Origin: Clostridia bacterium
Lineage (GTDB): Bacteria; Bacillota; Clostridia; JAAYHZ01
Reading direction: 5' to 3'
NCBI GenBank assembly: GCA_050950825.1
Contig: JBMNIH010000003.1
Location: 192,001 to 256,000, forward strand
Length of the DNA stretch: 64,000 nucleotides
Both the position numbers and the translations under genes were made by a program. Positions 50,609 to 61,017 of the stretch are shown here, in pieces. Every line of letters begins with the position of its first letter. The stretch's first letter is position 1. The notes under the pieces were generated by a model, which was not told the origin of the DNA, searched no databases, and saw only the letters and a list, made by a program, of their open reading frames with translations.

Positions 50609-51529
50609 CTATACGATTTCACCGATATAGTCGTAAGGCGTTTCTTGGTAAACGTAGTAGTTCAGCCAGTTGGTGTACAACAAGTTGGCATGGCCTCTCC
50701 AAGACACTACGGGTTCTTTCGTCTCGTCGTCGTTAGGGAAATAATTCTTGGGGATTTGGATATCCAACCCCTTCGCCTTGTCTCGCAGGTACTCGTTTCT
50801 TAATGTTCCCGCATCGTATTCCGAATGCCCGGTTATAAAGACCTGTTTTCCGTCCTTGCTCATGACGATGTAAATACCCGCCTCGTCGGACTCGGACAAA
50901 ATTTCCAGTTCGTTAACCTTTTCAATGTCCTTTCGTAAAACGGTGGTATGCCTCGAGTGAGGAACGTAAAACACATCGTCAAATCCTCGGAACAGCTTCA
51001 CATACTGTTTGTTGATTCGGTGAGGGAAAACACCGAACATCTTTTTCTCCAAGGGATATTTCGGAATCCCGTAGTGGTAATAAAGGGCGGCTTGCGCACC
51101 CCAACAGATATGGAAGGTGGAAAAGACGTGGGTTTTGCTCCATTCCATGATTCGGGTCAATTCTTCCCAATAGTCCACCTCTTCGAATTCCAGCGTTTCC
51201 ACCGGCGCACCGGTAATGATCAACCCGTCAAACTTTTGGTCCTTCACATCGTCGAAATGCCGGTAAAATTGTATTAAATGCTCCTGAGGCGTGTTTTTCG
51301 ACACATGAGATTTCGGATGCAAAAGTACCACATCCACCTGCAAAGGCGAGTTTCCGATCAGTCGAAGGATTTGAGTCTCGGTGACAATCTTGGTAGGCAT
51401 CAAATTCAAAATGGCAATCCTCAAGGGGCGAATGTCTTGGTGAATCGCCCGATGTTCGGTCATAACAAATATGTTTTCTTTGACTAGGGTTTCGTAAGCC
51501 GGTAGACAATCCGGTATTTTTATCGGCAT
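50609..51529 (-). CDS. metA: Homoserine O-acyltransferase (MetA family, acetyl-type Glu in GAPVE)
   Basis: [25 protein letters not shown]. Confidence 0.93.
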   Translation of the reverse strand: MPIKIPDCLPAYETLVKENIFVMTEHRAIHQDIRPLRIAILNLMPTKIVTETQILRLIGNSPLQVDVVLLHPKSHVSKNTPQEHLIQFYRHFDDVKDQKFDGLIITGAPVETLEFEEVDYWEELTRIMEWSKTHVFSTFHICWGAQAALYYHYGIPKYPLEKKMFGVFPHRINKQYVKLFRGFDDVFYVPHSRHTTVLRKDIEKVNELEILSESDEAGIYIVMSKDGKQVFITGHSEYDAGTLRNEYLRDKAKGLDIQIPKNYFPNDDETKEPVVSWRGHANLLYTNWLNYYVYQETPYDYIGEIV

Positions 51530-51556
51530 GTAAGCGAATTCTCCTTCCTCGAAATT

Positions 51557-52486
51557 TTATCTGTCGAACAGTCCGGTAGAAAGATAGCGTTCTCCGGTGT
51601 CCGGTAGTATGCATACGATCAATTTGCCTTTGTTTTCCGGCCTTTTTGCCAATTGGGTGGCGGCATAGGCCGATGCTCCGGATGAAATCCCTACCAGCAA
51701 TCCTTCGGTAGAAGCCAAAAGACGAGAAGTTTCAAAGGCGTCTTCGTTCTTCACCCTGATGATTTCATCCAATATATTCGTATTTAACACCTTCGGTACG
51801 AAGCCGGCACCGATTCCTTGAATCTTGTGAGGACCCGGTTTTTCTCCCGACAATACGGCGGAGTTATCCGGCTCCACGGCTACAACCTTTACGTCCTTCT
51901 TTCCGGATTTTAAGACCTCTCCCACACCGGTAACGGTTCCTCCGGTGCCGACCCCCGCTACAAAAATATCCACTTGGCCGTCGGTATCTCTCCAAATTTC
52001 TTTCGCCGTGGTTTCTTTGTGAATCTTCGGGTTCGCCGGATTTTCAAATTGCTGCGGGATGTATGCGTTTTTCAATTCTTCCGCCAATTCTTTCGCCCTT
52101 CGTATGGCTCCGTTCATGCCTTCCGCACCGGGGGTTAACACCAGCTCCGCACCGTAGGCCTTCAGCAGATTTCTTCTTTCCAAGCTCATGGTATCCGGCA
52201 TCGTTAAAATGCAACGGTATCCTTTTGACGCGCAGACATACGCCAATGCGATACCGGTGTTGCCGCTGGTAGGCTCGATAATGACGGTATCTTTATTGAT
52301 CAGACCTTTTTCTTCGGCATCTTCAATCATCGCCAATCCGATTCGGTCTTTTACGCTGCCGCCCGGATTAAAATACTCCAGCTTAGCCGCTATGCGAGCT
52401 TCCAGGCCTAAGGAGCGTCCGTAATTCGTAAGCTCCAAAAGCGGGGTATTCCCTATTAATTCCGTCAAACTTTTTGCAATTTTCAT
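51557..52486 (-). CDS. cysK: Cysteine synthase A
   Basis: [29 protein letters not shown]. Confidence 0.95.
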   Translation of the reverse strand: MKIAKSLTELIGNTPLLELTNYGRSLGLEARIAAKLEYFNPGGSVKDRIGLAMIEDAEEKGLINKDTVIIEPTSGNTGIALAYVCASKGYRCILTMPDTMSLERRNLLKAYGAELVLTPGAEGMNGAIRRAKELAEELKNAYIPQQFENPANPKIHKETTAKEIWRDTDGQVDIFVAGVGTGGTVTGVGEVLKSGKKDVKVVAVEPDNSAVLSGEKPGPHKIQGIGAGFVPKVLNTNILDEIIRVKNEDAFETSRLLASTEGLLVGISSGASAYAATQLAKRPENKGKLIVCILPDTGERYLSTGLFDR

Positions 52487-52514
52487 AAAATTCAACCTCC
52501 TGTATTCAATGTAA

Positions 52515-52958
52515 TTAGATATAGAACATGTGTTGGCCCTTCAAGCCCTGCGCTTTGTAATCGTCAGCCAGATCCTGAAGCGTTATATTATTCACCACTT
52601 CACCGATGGCTCCTCCGAGCCTATCCCAAACCCTTCGAGTAATACAAAAGTCGTATCGGTTGCACTCCTTGCTTCCTTTTTTACAGTCAAGAAGCTTTAA
52701 AGGTCCCTCCAGGGCTTCCAATACCATTCCGACCGTAATGTTTTTCGGGTCTTTTTTTAATGCGTATCCTCCTTGGGATCCTCTTGCTCCCGTCAATATC
52801 CCCTTTTTACGGAGAACGGAAAACAGCTGCTCCAAATAACTTTCGGACAACCGATGCCGGTCGGCAATGCTCCGCAGAGAAACAAAACCCTCCGTTTGAT
52901 GAACCGTTAAATCCAATACAGCCAGAACACCGTAAATTCCTTTGGTAGATAATCTCAA
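52515..52958 (-). CDS. Rrf2-family regulator with three Cys (IscR-like)
   Basis: YLEQLF, RGSQGGY, C-x6-C-x5-C. Confidence 0.88.
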   Translation of the reverse strand: MRLSTKGIYGVLAVLDLTVHQTEGFVSLRSIADRHRLSESYLEQLFSVLRKKGILTGARGSQGGYALKKDPKNITVGMVLEALEGPLKLLDCKKGSKECNRYDFCITRRVWDRLGGAIGEVVNNITLQDLADDYKAQGLKGQHMFYI

Positions 52959-54058
52959 GGTTCTACCTCCTTCCGCCTTAACGACTTTGTAATGGTGCCT
53001 CCTCCTACAACATAATCATCCTTGTATAAAACCACCGCTTGGCCCGGAGCCACATAAGGCTGGGGTTCCTCGAAAAGGATTTCGGCTTTATTGTCTTCCA
53101 TCGGCGTAATGACGGCCTTTGCTTCTTTGGCGTGATACCGAACCTTTACATTCGCCTCGAAAGGCTCATCCGGGTTGTCAAAAAGAATGTAATTCATTTG
53201 CTCCGCCACAAGTCCGCCAAAAACCGCTTCTTCCTTGGTTCCCAAAACGATGCTGTTGTCTTCCTTCCTTTTTTCAATTACATACATGGGGCGGCCGAAA
53301 GCGGCTCCTAATCCTTTTCTTTGACCCACGGTGTACCGTATCAATCCTTGATGCGTTCCGATCGTTCTCCCTTCGGTATCCTTAAAAGGTCCGGGCTTAA
53401 TTTTTTGATCCGTATGCTTCATGATAAAGTCCGCATAGTCTCCGTTTCCGACGAAGCATATATCTTGACTGTCCGGTTTATTCGATATTTTTAAATTCAA
53501 TTGCTCCGCTATTTTCCGAACCTGAACCTTTGTGTATGTCCCTAAAGGGAACAACGATCTTTCCAACTGCTCTTGGCTCAACATGTATAAAACGTAGCTT
53601 TGGTCTTTCTGTCCGTCCAAACCCTTTTTCAAAACGTATCGTCCTTTGGTAGAATCGAATTCTTTACGGACGTAATGCCCCGTTGCGATATAGTCGATAT
53701 CCATGGATAGGGCTTTTTTCAGCATTGCCTCGAATTTGATTTTTTGGTTGCAGACAATGCAAGGGTTCGGGGTATAGCCCTCCAAATACGAGTTTACAAA
53801 TCCGCCCACCACTTCGCTTGAAAACAAATCTTTAAAATTCAATACGTAATACGGAATGCCCAAATCATAAGCGGCATTTCGAGCATCGTCGATATCTTCC
53901 AGCGAACAACAGGTTTTGTTGTAGGATTCCTGCCGGTCGTCATCCCATAATTTTAAAGTCACTCCGATTACTTTATATCCTTGTTCTTTGAGAAGCGCTG
54001 CGGCTACGGTACTGTCTACGCCGCCGCTCATCCCTACCATTACTGATTTTTGCAACAT
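52955..54058 (-). CDS. mnmA: tRNA 2-thiouridylase
   Basis: SGGVDS, TPNPCIVCN, KDQSY, SQDICF. Confidence 0.95.
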   Translation of the reverse strand: MLQKSVMVGMSGGVDSTVAAALLKEQGYKVIGVTLKLWDDDRQESYNKTCCSLEDIDDARNAAYDLGIPYYVLNFKDLFSSEVVGGFVNSYLEGYTPNPCIVCNQKIKFEAMLKKALSMDIDYIATGHYVRKEFDSTKGRYVLKKGLDGQKDQSYVLYMLSQEQLERSLFPLGTYTKVQVRKIAEQLNLKISNKPDSQDICFVGNGDYADFIMKHTDQKIKPGPFKDTEGRTIGTHQGLIRYTVGQRKGLGAAFGRPMYVIEKRKEDNSIVLGTKEEAVFGGLVAEQMNYILFDNPDEPFEANVKVRYHAKEAKAVITPMEDNKAEILFEEPQPYVAPGQAVVLYKDDYVVGGGTITKSLRRKEVEP

Positions 54059-54070
54059 GACACCGCCTTT

Positions 54071-54505
54071 TTAAATGTAGTACATACCGGCCACGTTCTC
54101 ATTCATGGCTCGGTATTCATTGGCCAAGTCCTCCAGAGTGATGGAATCCGCCGTTTTTATCACGCTCTCGTCAACTCTTTGCCAAACCTTTCGGCTTAAA
54201 AAATCGTTTAAGTCGCTGTCCGCTTGGTTGCCTTGGGCAACGGACAGCTCTCCTTCCAACACTCGAAGGACCATACCCACGGTTATTTTCTCCGGATGGT
54301 CTGCCAAAACATAACCTCCTTGGGCACCCTTTACACTCTTTACCAAGCCGGCTTTACGCAAGGATGAAAATATTTGTTCCAAATAGTTTACCGACACATC
54401 CTGTCTTTTCGATATGGTATTTAGCGAAAGCTGCTCGGCTCCCGAATACACGGCCAAATCCACCATGGCCCGAAGGCCGTATCGACTCTTCGTAGATATT
54501 TTCAC
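54071..54505 (-). CDS. Rrf2-family regulator without Cys (CymR-like)
   Basis: KISTKSRYGLR, YLEQIF, KGAQGGY; GGAGG before GTG. Confidence 0.88.
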   Translation of the reverse strand: MKISTKSRYGLRAMVDLAVYSGAEQLSLNTISKRQDVSVNYLEQIFSSLRKAGLVKSVKGAQGGYVLADHPEKITVGMVLRVLEGELSVAQGNQADSDLNDFLSRKVWQRVDESVIKTADSITLEDLANEYRAMNENVAGMYYI

Positions 54506-54614
54506 TTGGTACCCTCCGTTCATTCCTAGTATTCCTATATGTTTATATATATTATTCGCTTTCCGTTCATTCGTCAAGTAAATTTTTATCATTTTTCGTT
54601 CTTTTCATCCGACA

Positions 54615-54646
54615 AAAATAAAAAAGGCCGTATCGTAAATCGGCCT
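54615..54646 (-). terminator. Intrinsic terminator after carB-dapF
   Basis: AGGCCG...CGGCCT plus T-run on the minus strand. Confidence 0.7.
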
Positions 54647-54734
54647 ATGAAAACAACGACACGCGGTGCGGCCGTTCTTAAGCAGACGACCGCGTGCGTC
54701 GATATGGGGGTCTTTATTTTTTGTTTCGACTTCT

Positions 54735-57700
54735 TTATATCAAAACCGTACCTTGAAATACGATCTCGGCATCTCCCGTAAGGATAACCGTTTCGTCCGA
54801 ATAATTCACCGTTACATCGCCGCCTTTTAAGATAACACGAATATCCTTTCCTTTCGGTAAGTATCCGTTTAGCGTAGCCGCCACAACGGCGGCACAGGCG
54901 CCGGTGCCGCAGGCCAAGGTTTCTCCGCTGCCCCGTTCCCACACCCGCATTTTGATCGTTCTTTCGTCGAGAATTTGCACAAATTCGGCATTGACACGCT
55001 CCGGAAAGAAGGGGTGGTTTTCAAACAAGGGACCTAAGGTTTGAAGATTAAGAGTATCGATGACGTTCCGGAAAACTACGCAATGGGGGTTTCCCATGGA
55101 AACACAGGTGATTCCGTATACTTCATCTTCCACTTGCAAGGGATACGCAATAACCGCATCCCCCGAATGCCTTACGGGGATTTTTTCAGGCTTTAATTCC
55201 GGGCTTCCCATATCCACCGCCACCTTGGCCACTTTATCGTCTTTTGTTATTAACGATAAGGTTTTGATTCCGCTTAAGGTTTCAATCCTCATTGTTTTTT
55301 TGCGCATCTTTTTTATATCATACAAATATTTTCCCACACACCGAATGGCATTGCCGCACATAAGGCCTTCGCTGCCGTCCAAGTTAAACATTCGCATTTT
55401 GGCATCGGCTATTTCCGAAGGTTCGATCAAAACGATGCCGTCTCCGCCCACACCGTAGTGGCGATCGGACAGGTAGACCGACAACGATTCGGGGGAAGAG
55501 ACCGGATTATCAAAGCAATCGATGTAAATATAGTCGTTACCCGCACTCTGCATTTTGGTAAAAGGCAGGCGGAACCGTTCGGTTCGCATTTTGCGAATAT
55601 TCACAAGCTCGGTATTGATTTCGCTGTAACGGCTCAAAAGACTGTCCGCCAAAGCCATAGCCGTATCCACGGAGGTAAGGCACGGAATGCCTAAGGATAC
55701 GGCCTTTCGGCGAAGCTTCACGCTGTCCCGTGCAGGAATACGCCCTTTTGCGGAGGTGGAAAGAATGTATTTTACCTTGCCGCTGTCCAATAGCGTGCTG
55801 CAGTTGTCATCGCTTTCGTGGATCTTTTTTACCGTTGCAACGGCAAGGCCGGACCTTTTGAGGACCTCCGCCGTGCCTGCCGTTGCATATAGCGTAAACC
55901 CCAATGCGTCAAATTTCTTTGCCACATCCATGATATCGTTTTTATCCGAGTCCCGAACCGTGATTAAAATCCCGCCGGATTTGACCATTTTATATCCCGC
56001 GGCCACAAGCCCCTTATACAGCGCTTCCGACAGATTTCTGCCGATTCCCATCACTTCGCCGGTGGATTTCATCTCGGGGCCTAACTGGGTATCCAAATCC
56101 ATAAGCTTTTCAAAGGAGAAAACCGGTACCTTTACGGCGGTATACGGTGAGGTTTTGTAAATCCCGCTGCCGTAAGGCATATTCTTTAGTTTTTCGCCCA
56201 AGCTCACTCGCATGGCCAGCTCCACCATCGGAATCCCGGTAATCTTGCTTAAAAAGGGAACCGTTCGGGATGCACGGGGATTGACCTCAATAATATATAT
56301 TTCATCTTCCTTCACAATGAATTGGATATTGACAATTCCCGTTACATTCAAGCCTTCGCAAAGCCGTTTGGTTATATCAATCAATTTTTCGGCAATAGGG
56401 TCAAAGATGTGGGTTGCGGGATAAACGGCAATACTGTCCCCCGAATGAATGCCGGCCCGTTCAATATGCTCCATAACGCCGGGGATCAGCACGTCGGTTC
56501 CGTCGTATATGGCATCCACCTCAATTTCCCTGCCGGAAATGTATTTGTCAATGAGCACCGGATTCTCGATACCCCGTTCCAGTATGATCCGCATGAATTC
56601 TTCCGTATCCGCGTCTGAAAAGGCGATGGTCATGTTCTGTCCGCCCAATACATAGGATGGACGCAAAAGTACGGGATAGCCCAGCTTTTTTGCCGCAGCC
56701 TTTGCTTCCTCTTTTGTACGTACCGTAAAGCCTTTCGGACGCAATAAATGAAGCCGCTCCAAAAGAGCGTCGAAGCGCTCCCGGTCCTCCGCCATATCGA
56801 TGCTGTCGGCACAGGTTCCTACGATATTGATCCCTTCACTTTTTAGCGTTTTCGTAAGCTTAATGGCGGTCTGTCCGCCGAAAGCGACCACAACCCCCAA
56901 GGGTTTTTCCTGCCGGATTATATGAAGAACGTCTTCGGGATAAAGGGGTTCAAAATACAACCGGTCGGACATATCAAAGTCGGTGGATACCGTCTCCGGG
57001 TTGTTGTTGATAATGACTACCCGGTATCCAAGCTTGCGCAACGCATACGCGCAATGGACCGCAGCATAGTCAAATTCGATGCCCTGCCCGATTCGAATCG
57101 GACCCGAGCCGAGGACGATAACGGTCCTTTTGCCGTCGGCATTTACGTTATCCGCTTCGTTTTCACCGCCTTCTTCGGGAAGCCGGTAGCCGGAGTAAAA
57201 ATAAGGGGTTTGGGCTTCAAACTCTCCGGCACAGGTGTCCACCATCTTGTACACCGGGGATAAGGAGTAATCCGTTTCGTATCCGGAAAGCTTACGGATC
57301 GCGTTATCGGTATATCCGAATTTTTTCGCGGTTACATATTCCTCAAAGGAAAGCCTCCGGCCTTGAATGGAGTTTTCAAAGCGTACCAGGTTTTCGATCT
57401 TGGAAAGAAACCATCGATCGATTTTCGTCAATTCGAATATCTCGTCTATCGATATTTTTCTTTTTAAGGCTTCATAGATCATAAAAAGCCGCTCGTCGGT
57501 GGCTTTTTTTAAGCCTTGACGCAGGTCTTCCGAGGAAAGCTGCGAAATCCTCGGTAAGCTTAAGGTATCGGAGGAAATTTCCGCTCCCCTAACGGCTTTT
57601 AAAAGCGCCGCTTCAAAGCTGTCTGCAATCGCCATAACCTCCCCGGTAGACTTCATCTGTGTACCTAAGCTACGGCTTGCGTATACAAACTTGTCAAAGG

Positions 57701-58781
57701 GCCACCGTGGAAGCTTCACCGTCACATAGTCTAAAGCAGGCTCAAAAGAAGCATAGGTGGAGCCGGTAACGGCATTTTGTATTTCATCCAATCGATAACC
57801 GATGGCGATTTTCGTTGCCACCTTGGCAATGGGGTATCCGGTTGCTTTGGAAGCTAAGGCGGAGGAGCGGGAAACTCGGGGATTGACTTCGATAACCGCG
57901 TATTCGAAGGAATTCGGATCCAAAGCAAACTGGCAATTGCAGCCCCCCTCCACGCCTAACGCCGATACGATTTTGATGGCTGCACTGCGCAGCATCTGGT
58001 ATTCTTTATCCGAAAGGGTCACCGCCGGTGCAATTACAATGCTGTCGCCGGTATGAATACCCACAGGATCAAAGTTTTCCATGGAGCAAACCGTAACCGC
58101 ATTGCCGGCTCCGTCCCGGATGACTTCGTACTCGATTTCCTTCCATCCGGCTACGCTCTTTTCTATCAAAACCTGCCGAATCGGCGATAAAGCCAGGCCG
58201 TTCTTTGCAATTTCCCGTAATTCTTCATCGTTTTCGGCGATTCCTCCCCCCGAGCCGGCAAGGGTAAAAGCGGGACGGACAATCACGGGGTAACCGATTT
58301 TTTGTGCAAAGGATACCGCTTCCTCGCAAGTCACGGCCGTCTCCGACGGTATACAGGGCTCGCCGATGGAGAGCATGGTTTCCTTAAAAAGCTGTCTGTC
58401 CTCCGAACGTCGTATGCATTCCGGGGAAGAGCCCAAAAGGCGAACATGATGCTTTTCCAAAAAGCCGTCCCGAGCGAGCTGCATGCAAAGGTTAAGGGCC
58501 GTTTGGCCGCCCAACCCTGACAAAATGCTGTCGGGCTTTTCCTTTTCGATAATTCGCTTTATTGTCGTTAAGGTCAGAGGCTCAATATAGATTTTGTCCG
58601 CCATGGAAGGGTCGGTCATAATGGTAGCGGGATTGGAGTTGACCAAAATGATCTCGATTCCGTCTTCACGCAGCGCCCTGCAGGCTTGCGTACCGGCATA
58701 ATCAAATTCCGCCGCCTGACCGATAACAATGGGACCGGAGCCTACCACCAAAACCCTTTGAATATTCTTATCTTTCGGCAT
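54735..58781 (-). CDS. carB: Carbamoyl-phosphate synthetase large subunit fused to diaminopimelate epimerase (DapF)
   Basis: Full CarB including MGS domain, then FTKMQSAGNDY, MCGNAIRC, SMGNPH, ERGSGETLACGTG in one 1348-aa ORF. Confidence 0.93.
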   Translation of the reverse strand: MPKDKNIQRVLVVGSGPIVIGQAAEFDYAGTQACRALREDGIEIILVNSNPATIMTDPSMADKIYIEPLTLTTIKRIIEKEKPDSILSGLGGQTALNLCMQLARDGFLEKHHVRLLGSSPECIRRSEDRQLFKETMLSIGEPCIPSETAVTCEEAVSFAQKIGYPVIVRPAFTLAGSGGGIAENDEELREIAKNGLALSPIRQVLIEKSVAGWKEIEYEVIRDGAGNAVTVCSMENFDPVGIHTGDSIVIAPAVTLSDKEYQMLRSAAIKIVSALGVEGGCNCQFALDPNSFEYAVIEVNPRVSRSSALASKATGYPIAKVATKIAIGYRLDEIQNAVTGSTYASFEPALDYVTVKLPRWPFDKFVYASRSLGTQMKSTGEVMAIADSFEAALLKAVRGAEISSDTLSLPRISQLSSEDLRQGLKKATDERLFMIYEALKRKISIDEIFELTKIDRWFLSKIENLVRFENSIQGRRLSFEEYVTAKKFGYTDNAIRKLSGYETDYSLSPVYKMVDTCAGEFEAQTPYFYSGYRLPEEGGENEADNVNADGKRTVIVLGSGPIRIGQGIEFDYAAVHCAYALRKLGYRVVIINNNPETVSTDFDMSDRLYFEPLYPEDVLHIIRQEKPLGVVVAFGGQTAIKLTKTLKSEGINIVGTCADSIDMAEDRERFDALLERLHLLRPKGFTVRTKEEAKAAAKKLGYPVLLRPSYVLGGQNMTIAFSDADTEEFMRIILERGIENPVLIDKYISGREIEVDAIYDGTDVLIPGVMEHIERAGIHSGDSIAVYPATHIFDPIAEKLIDITKRLCEGLNVTGIVNIQFIVKEDEIYIIEVNPRASRTVPFLSKITGIPMVELAMRVSLGEKLKNMPYGSGIYKTSPYTAVKVPVFSFEKLMDLDTQLGPEMKSTGEVMGIGRNLSEALYKGLVAAGYKMVKSGGILITVRDSDKNDIMDVAKKFDALGFTLYATAGTAEVLKRSGLAVATVKKIHESDDNCSTLLDSGKVKYILSTSAKGRIPARDSVKLRRKAVSLGIPCLTSVDTAMALADSLLSRYSEINTELVNIRKMRTERFRLPFTKMQSAGNDYIYIDCFDNPVSSPESLSVYLSDRHYGVGGDGIVLIEPSEIADAKMRMFNLDGSEGLMCGNAIRCVGKYLYDIKKMRKKTMRIETLSGIKTLSLITKDDKVAKVAVDMGSPELKPEKIPVRHSGDAVIAYPLQVEDEVYGITCVSMGNPHCVVFRNVIDTLNLQTLGPLFENHPFFPERVNAEFVQILDERTIKMRVWERGSGETLACGTGACAAVVAATLNGYLPKGKDIRVILKGGDVTVNYSDETVILTGDAEIVFQGTVLI

Positions 58782-59844
58782 TTGGAACCTCCATAAGCTT
58801 CATAAATTCATCAAACAAAAAGGCCGTATCCTGCGGCCCCCCGCAGGCCTCGGGATGAAACTGCACCGAAAAAGCGGGCGTGTTTTTGTATAGAAGGCCT
58901 TCATTGGAAAAGTCATTTACATTGACAAACCATTCCTCGGCAACGGAGGGTTGTATGCTGTCCGATACGACGGCATACCCGTGGTTTTGGGACGTAATAT
59001 ATACTTTGCCGTTTTTCGTATTTCGAACGGGATGGTTTGCACCGCGGTGCCCGAATTTCAGCTTTTCGGTTTTAAAACCGTTGGCAAGAGCCAAAAGCTG
59101 ATGTCCTAAGCAAATACCCATGGTAGGGATACGATACGGAAGCAAAGCCTTCAAAGTATCGATCACATCCCGATTGTCCGTAGGATCTCCGGGTCCGTTC
59201 GTCAGAAAGATCCCGTCGGGACGAAGGCTTAAAATCTCTCGTGCCGAGGTATTGTGAGGAAGAACATAGATATCGCATTTACGCCTTTGCAACGACCGTA
59301 TAATATTTTCTTTGACCCCGAAATCCAACAACGCTATTTTTTTGCTTCCGTTGTCTTCCAAAAATCGAATTTTATCCGTACTCACCTCTGCAACCGGCTT
59401 TTCGATCCGATAACGCTTTATGGATTCCGTGTCCGCCTTTTTCAAGTCATCGGTGATCATGCCGTTCATGGTTCCATAATTTCGAAGCACCCGGGTCAGC
59501 GCACGGGTATCGATGCCCCGGATACCCGGAATGCCGTGCCGCTTTAAATAGCTGTCCAGATCAAGCCGGCTTCGAAAGTTGGACGGGGTGAGGCAATATT
59601 CTCTTACGATATATGCGGACACGCTGATTTTTTCGCTTTCCGCATCCTCCGGCATAACGCCGTAATTTCCAATAAGGGGGAAGGTTTGTACTACCGCTTG
59701 CCCGGTATAGCTCAAATCCGTCAACGTTTCCACGTATCCGGTCATTGCGGTGGTAAAAACGATTTCCGCAATAACGTCCGAGGATGCGCCGAAGGCTTCA
59801 CCTGCGAAAGTCATGCCGTTTTCCAATACAAGGTATCGTTTCAT
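58768..59844 (-). CDS. carA: Carbamoyl-phosphate synthetase small subunit
   Basis: TNGPGDP, GICLGHQ, QNHGY, QFHPE. Confidence 0.96.
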   Translation of the reverse strand: MKRYLVLENGMTFAGEAFGASSDVIAEIVFTTAMTGYVETLTDLSYTGQAVVQTFPLIGNYGVMPEDAESEKISVSAYIVREYCLTPSNFRSRLDLDSYLKRHGIPGIRGIDTRALTRVLRNYGTMNGMITDDLKKADTESIKRYRIEKPVAEVSTDKIRFLEDNGSKKIALLDFGVKENIIRSLQRRKCDIYVLPHNTSAREILSLRPDGIFLTNGPGDPTDNRDVIDTLKALLPYRIPTMGICLGHQLLALANGFKTEKLKFGHRGANHPVRNTKNGKVYITSQNHGYAVVSDSIQPSVAEEWFVNVNDFSNEGLLYKNTPAFSVQFHPEACGGPQDTAFLFDEFMKLMEVPNAER

Positions 59845-59891
59845 ATAGAATCATCCTTCCGGTAACAAAGGCTTCCATTCAAAATTCGTAT

Positions 59892-59983
59892 AAAAAAAAC
59901 AAAGGAGCTCGAGCATGATTTTACATGCCGGAACTCCTTTGTTCCGTTACTATACTATATACTTTTCGTAAATGATTTGTCAA
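59892..59983 (-). promoter_or_regulatory. carA promoter plus leader terminator/attenuator
   Basis: TTGACA-18-TATAGT, then hairpin AACAAAGGAGUUC...GAGCUCCUUUGUU plus U-run before carA. Confidence 0.7.
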
Positions 59984-60005
59984 TAAGAAAGACGAAACCC
60001 TCTCC

Positions 60006-60944
60006 TTATTCTTTTTTATGATTCTTCTCCGGATTCTTTTGCTTGATCACCGGCAGAGGCTGTCCGTTGTACACGATGGAATAGGGGGGTACCGACTCGA
60101 TAAGCCAAACATTCCCTCCGATAATGGAGTCGTGGCCGATCACCGTTTCTCCTCCTAAAATGGTAGCTCCGGCGTAGATAACAACGTTGTCTTGGATATC
60201 CGGATGCCGTTTGATTCCTTTTACCGGGTTTCCGTGCTCATCCAGCTTAAAGCTTTTGGCTCCTAAGGTTACGCCCTGATAGATCTTTACATGGTTTCCG
60301 ATGTGGCAGGTCTCCCCGATAACCACACCGGTACCGTGGTCGATAAAGAAGTATTCCCCGATATGGGCTCCGGGATGGATGTCAATACCCGTTCGTTGGT
60401 GGGCATACTCCGTCATGATCCTCGGTATGATGGGTATTTCCATCTCGTAAAGCTCGTGGGCAATTCGATAAATGCTAACCGCATCGATGGAAGGATAACT
60501 TAAAATGATTTCCTCCGTGGACATTGCCGCAGGGTCTCCCTCGTAAGCCGCTTGAATGTCCGTCTGAAGAATACGTCGAATTTCCGGCAAACGAGATATC
60601 AGTTTTTTGATCGCTTCATTGGCAATTTCTTTGCATTCGTTGCACCCCGGTCTGCCTTGGTGATCGCATTTGTTTCTCAAGGTTTTGACAATTAAATTAT
60701 TGAGCTGCAACGCGGCAATACGGATGCTGTTTCCGATGATTATATTGATTCCGTCTTCGTCGATGGGCTGCTTTTCATACACGCCCGGAAACAAAGCGGT
60801 CCGAAGGTGCTCGATAATGTTGTACACGCTTTCTTTTCCCGCAAAGCCGATAATCCGCTCTTCGCAAAAATGCTTATTCTTTAAATCCTCTAAATCCTTC
60901 GAAATTTTCGGTACATTTTCATTTAACCAATCGTTTAAACTCAT
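60006..60944 (-). CDS. cysE: Serine O-acetyltransferase (long form)
   Basis: GDPAA, GIDIHPGA, FIDHGTG, KRHP hexapeptide repeats. Confidence 0.92.
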   Translation of the reverse strand: MSLNDWLNENVPKISKDLEDLKNKHFCEERIIGFAGKESVYNIIEHLRTALFPGVYEKQPIDEDGINIIIGNSIRIAALQLNNLIVKTLRNKCDHQGRPGCNECKEIANEAIKKLISRLPEIRRILQTDIQAAYEGDPAAMSTEEIILSYPSIDAVSIYRIAHELYEMEIPIIPRIMTEYAHQRTGIDIHPGAHIGEYFFIDHGTGVVIGETCHIGNHVKIYQGVTLGAKSFKLDEHGNPVKGIKRHPDIQDNVVIYAGATILGGETVIGHDSIIGGNVWLIESVPPYSIVYNGQPLPVIKQKNPEKNHKKE

Positions 60945-61017
60945 AAATCATTTCTCCGTTATCGATTCCATACTTTCACTATTCTATGACCGGATATTCG
61001 CAAAGTTGCCGAATTTG

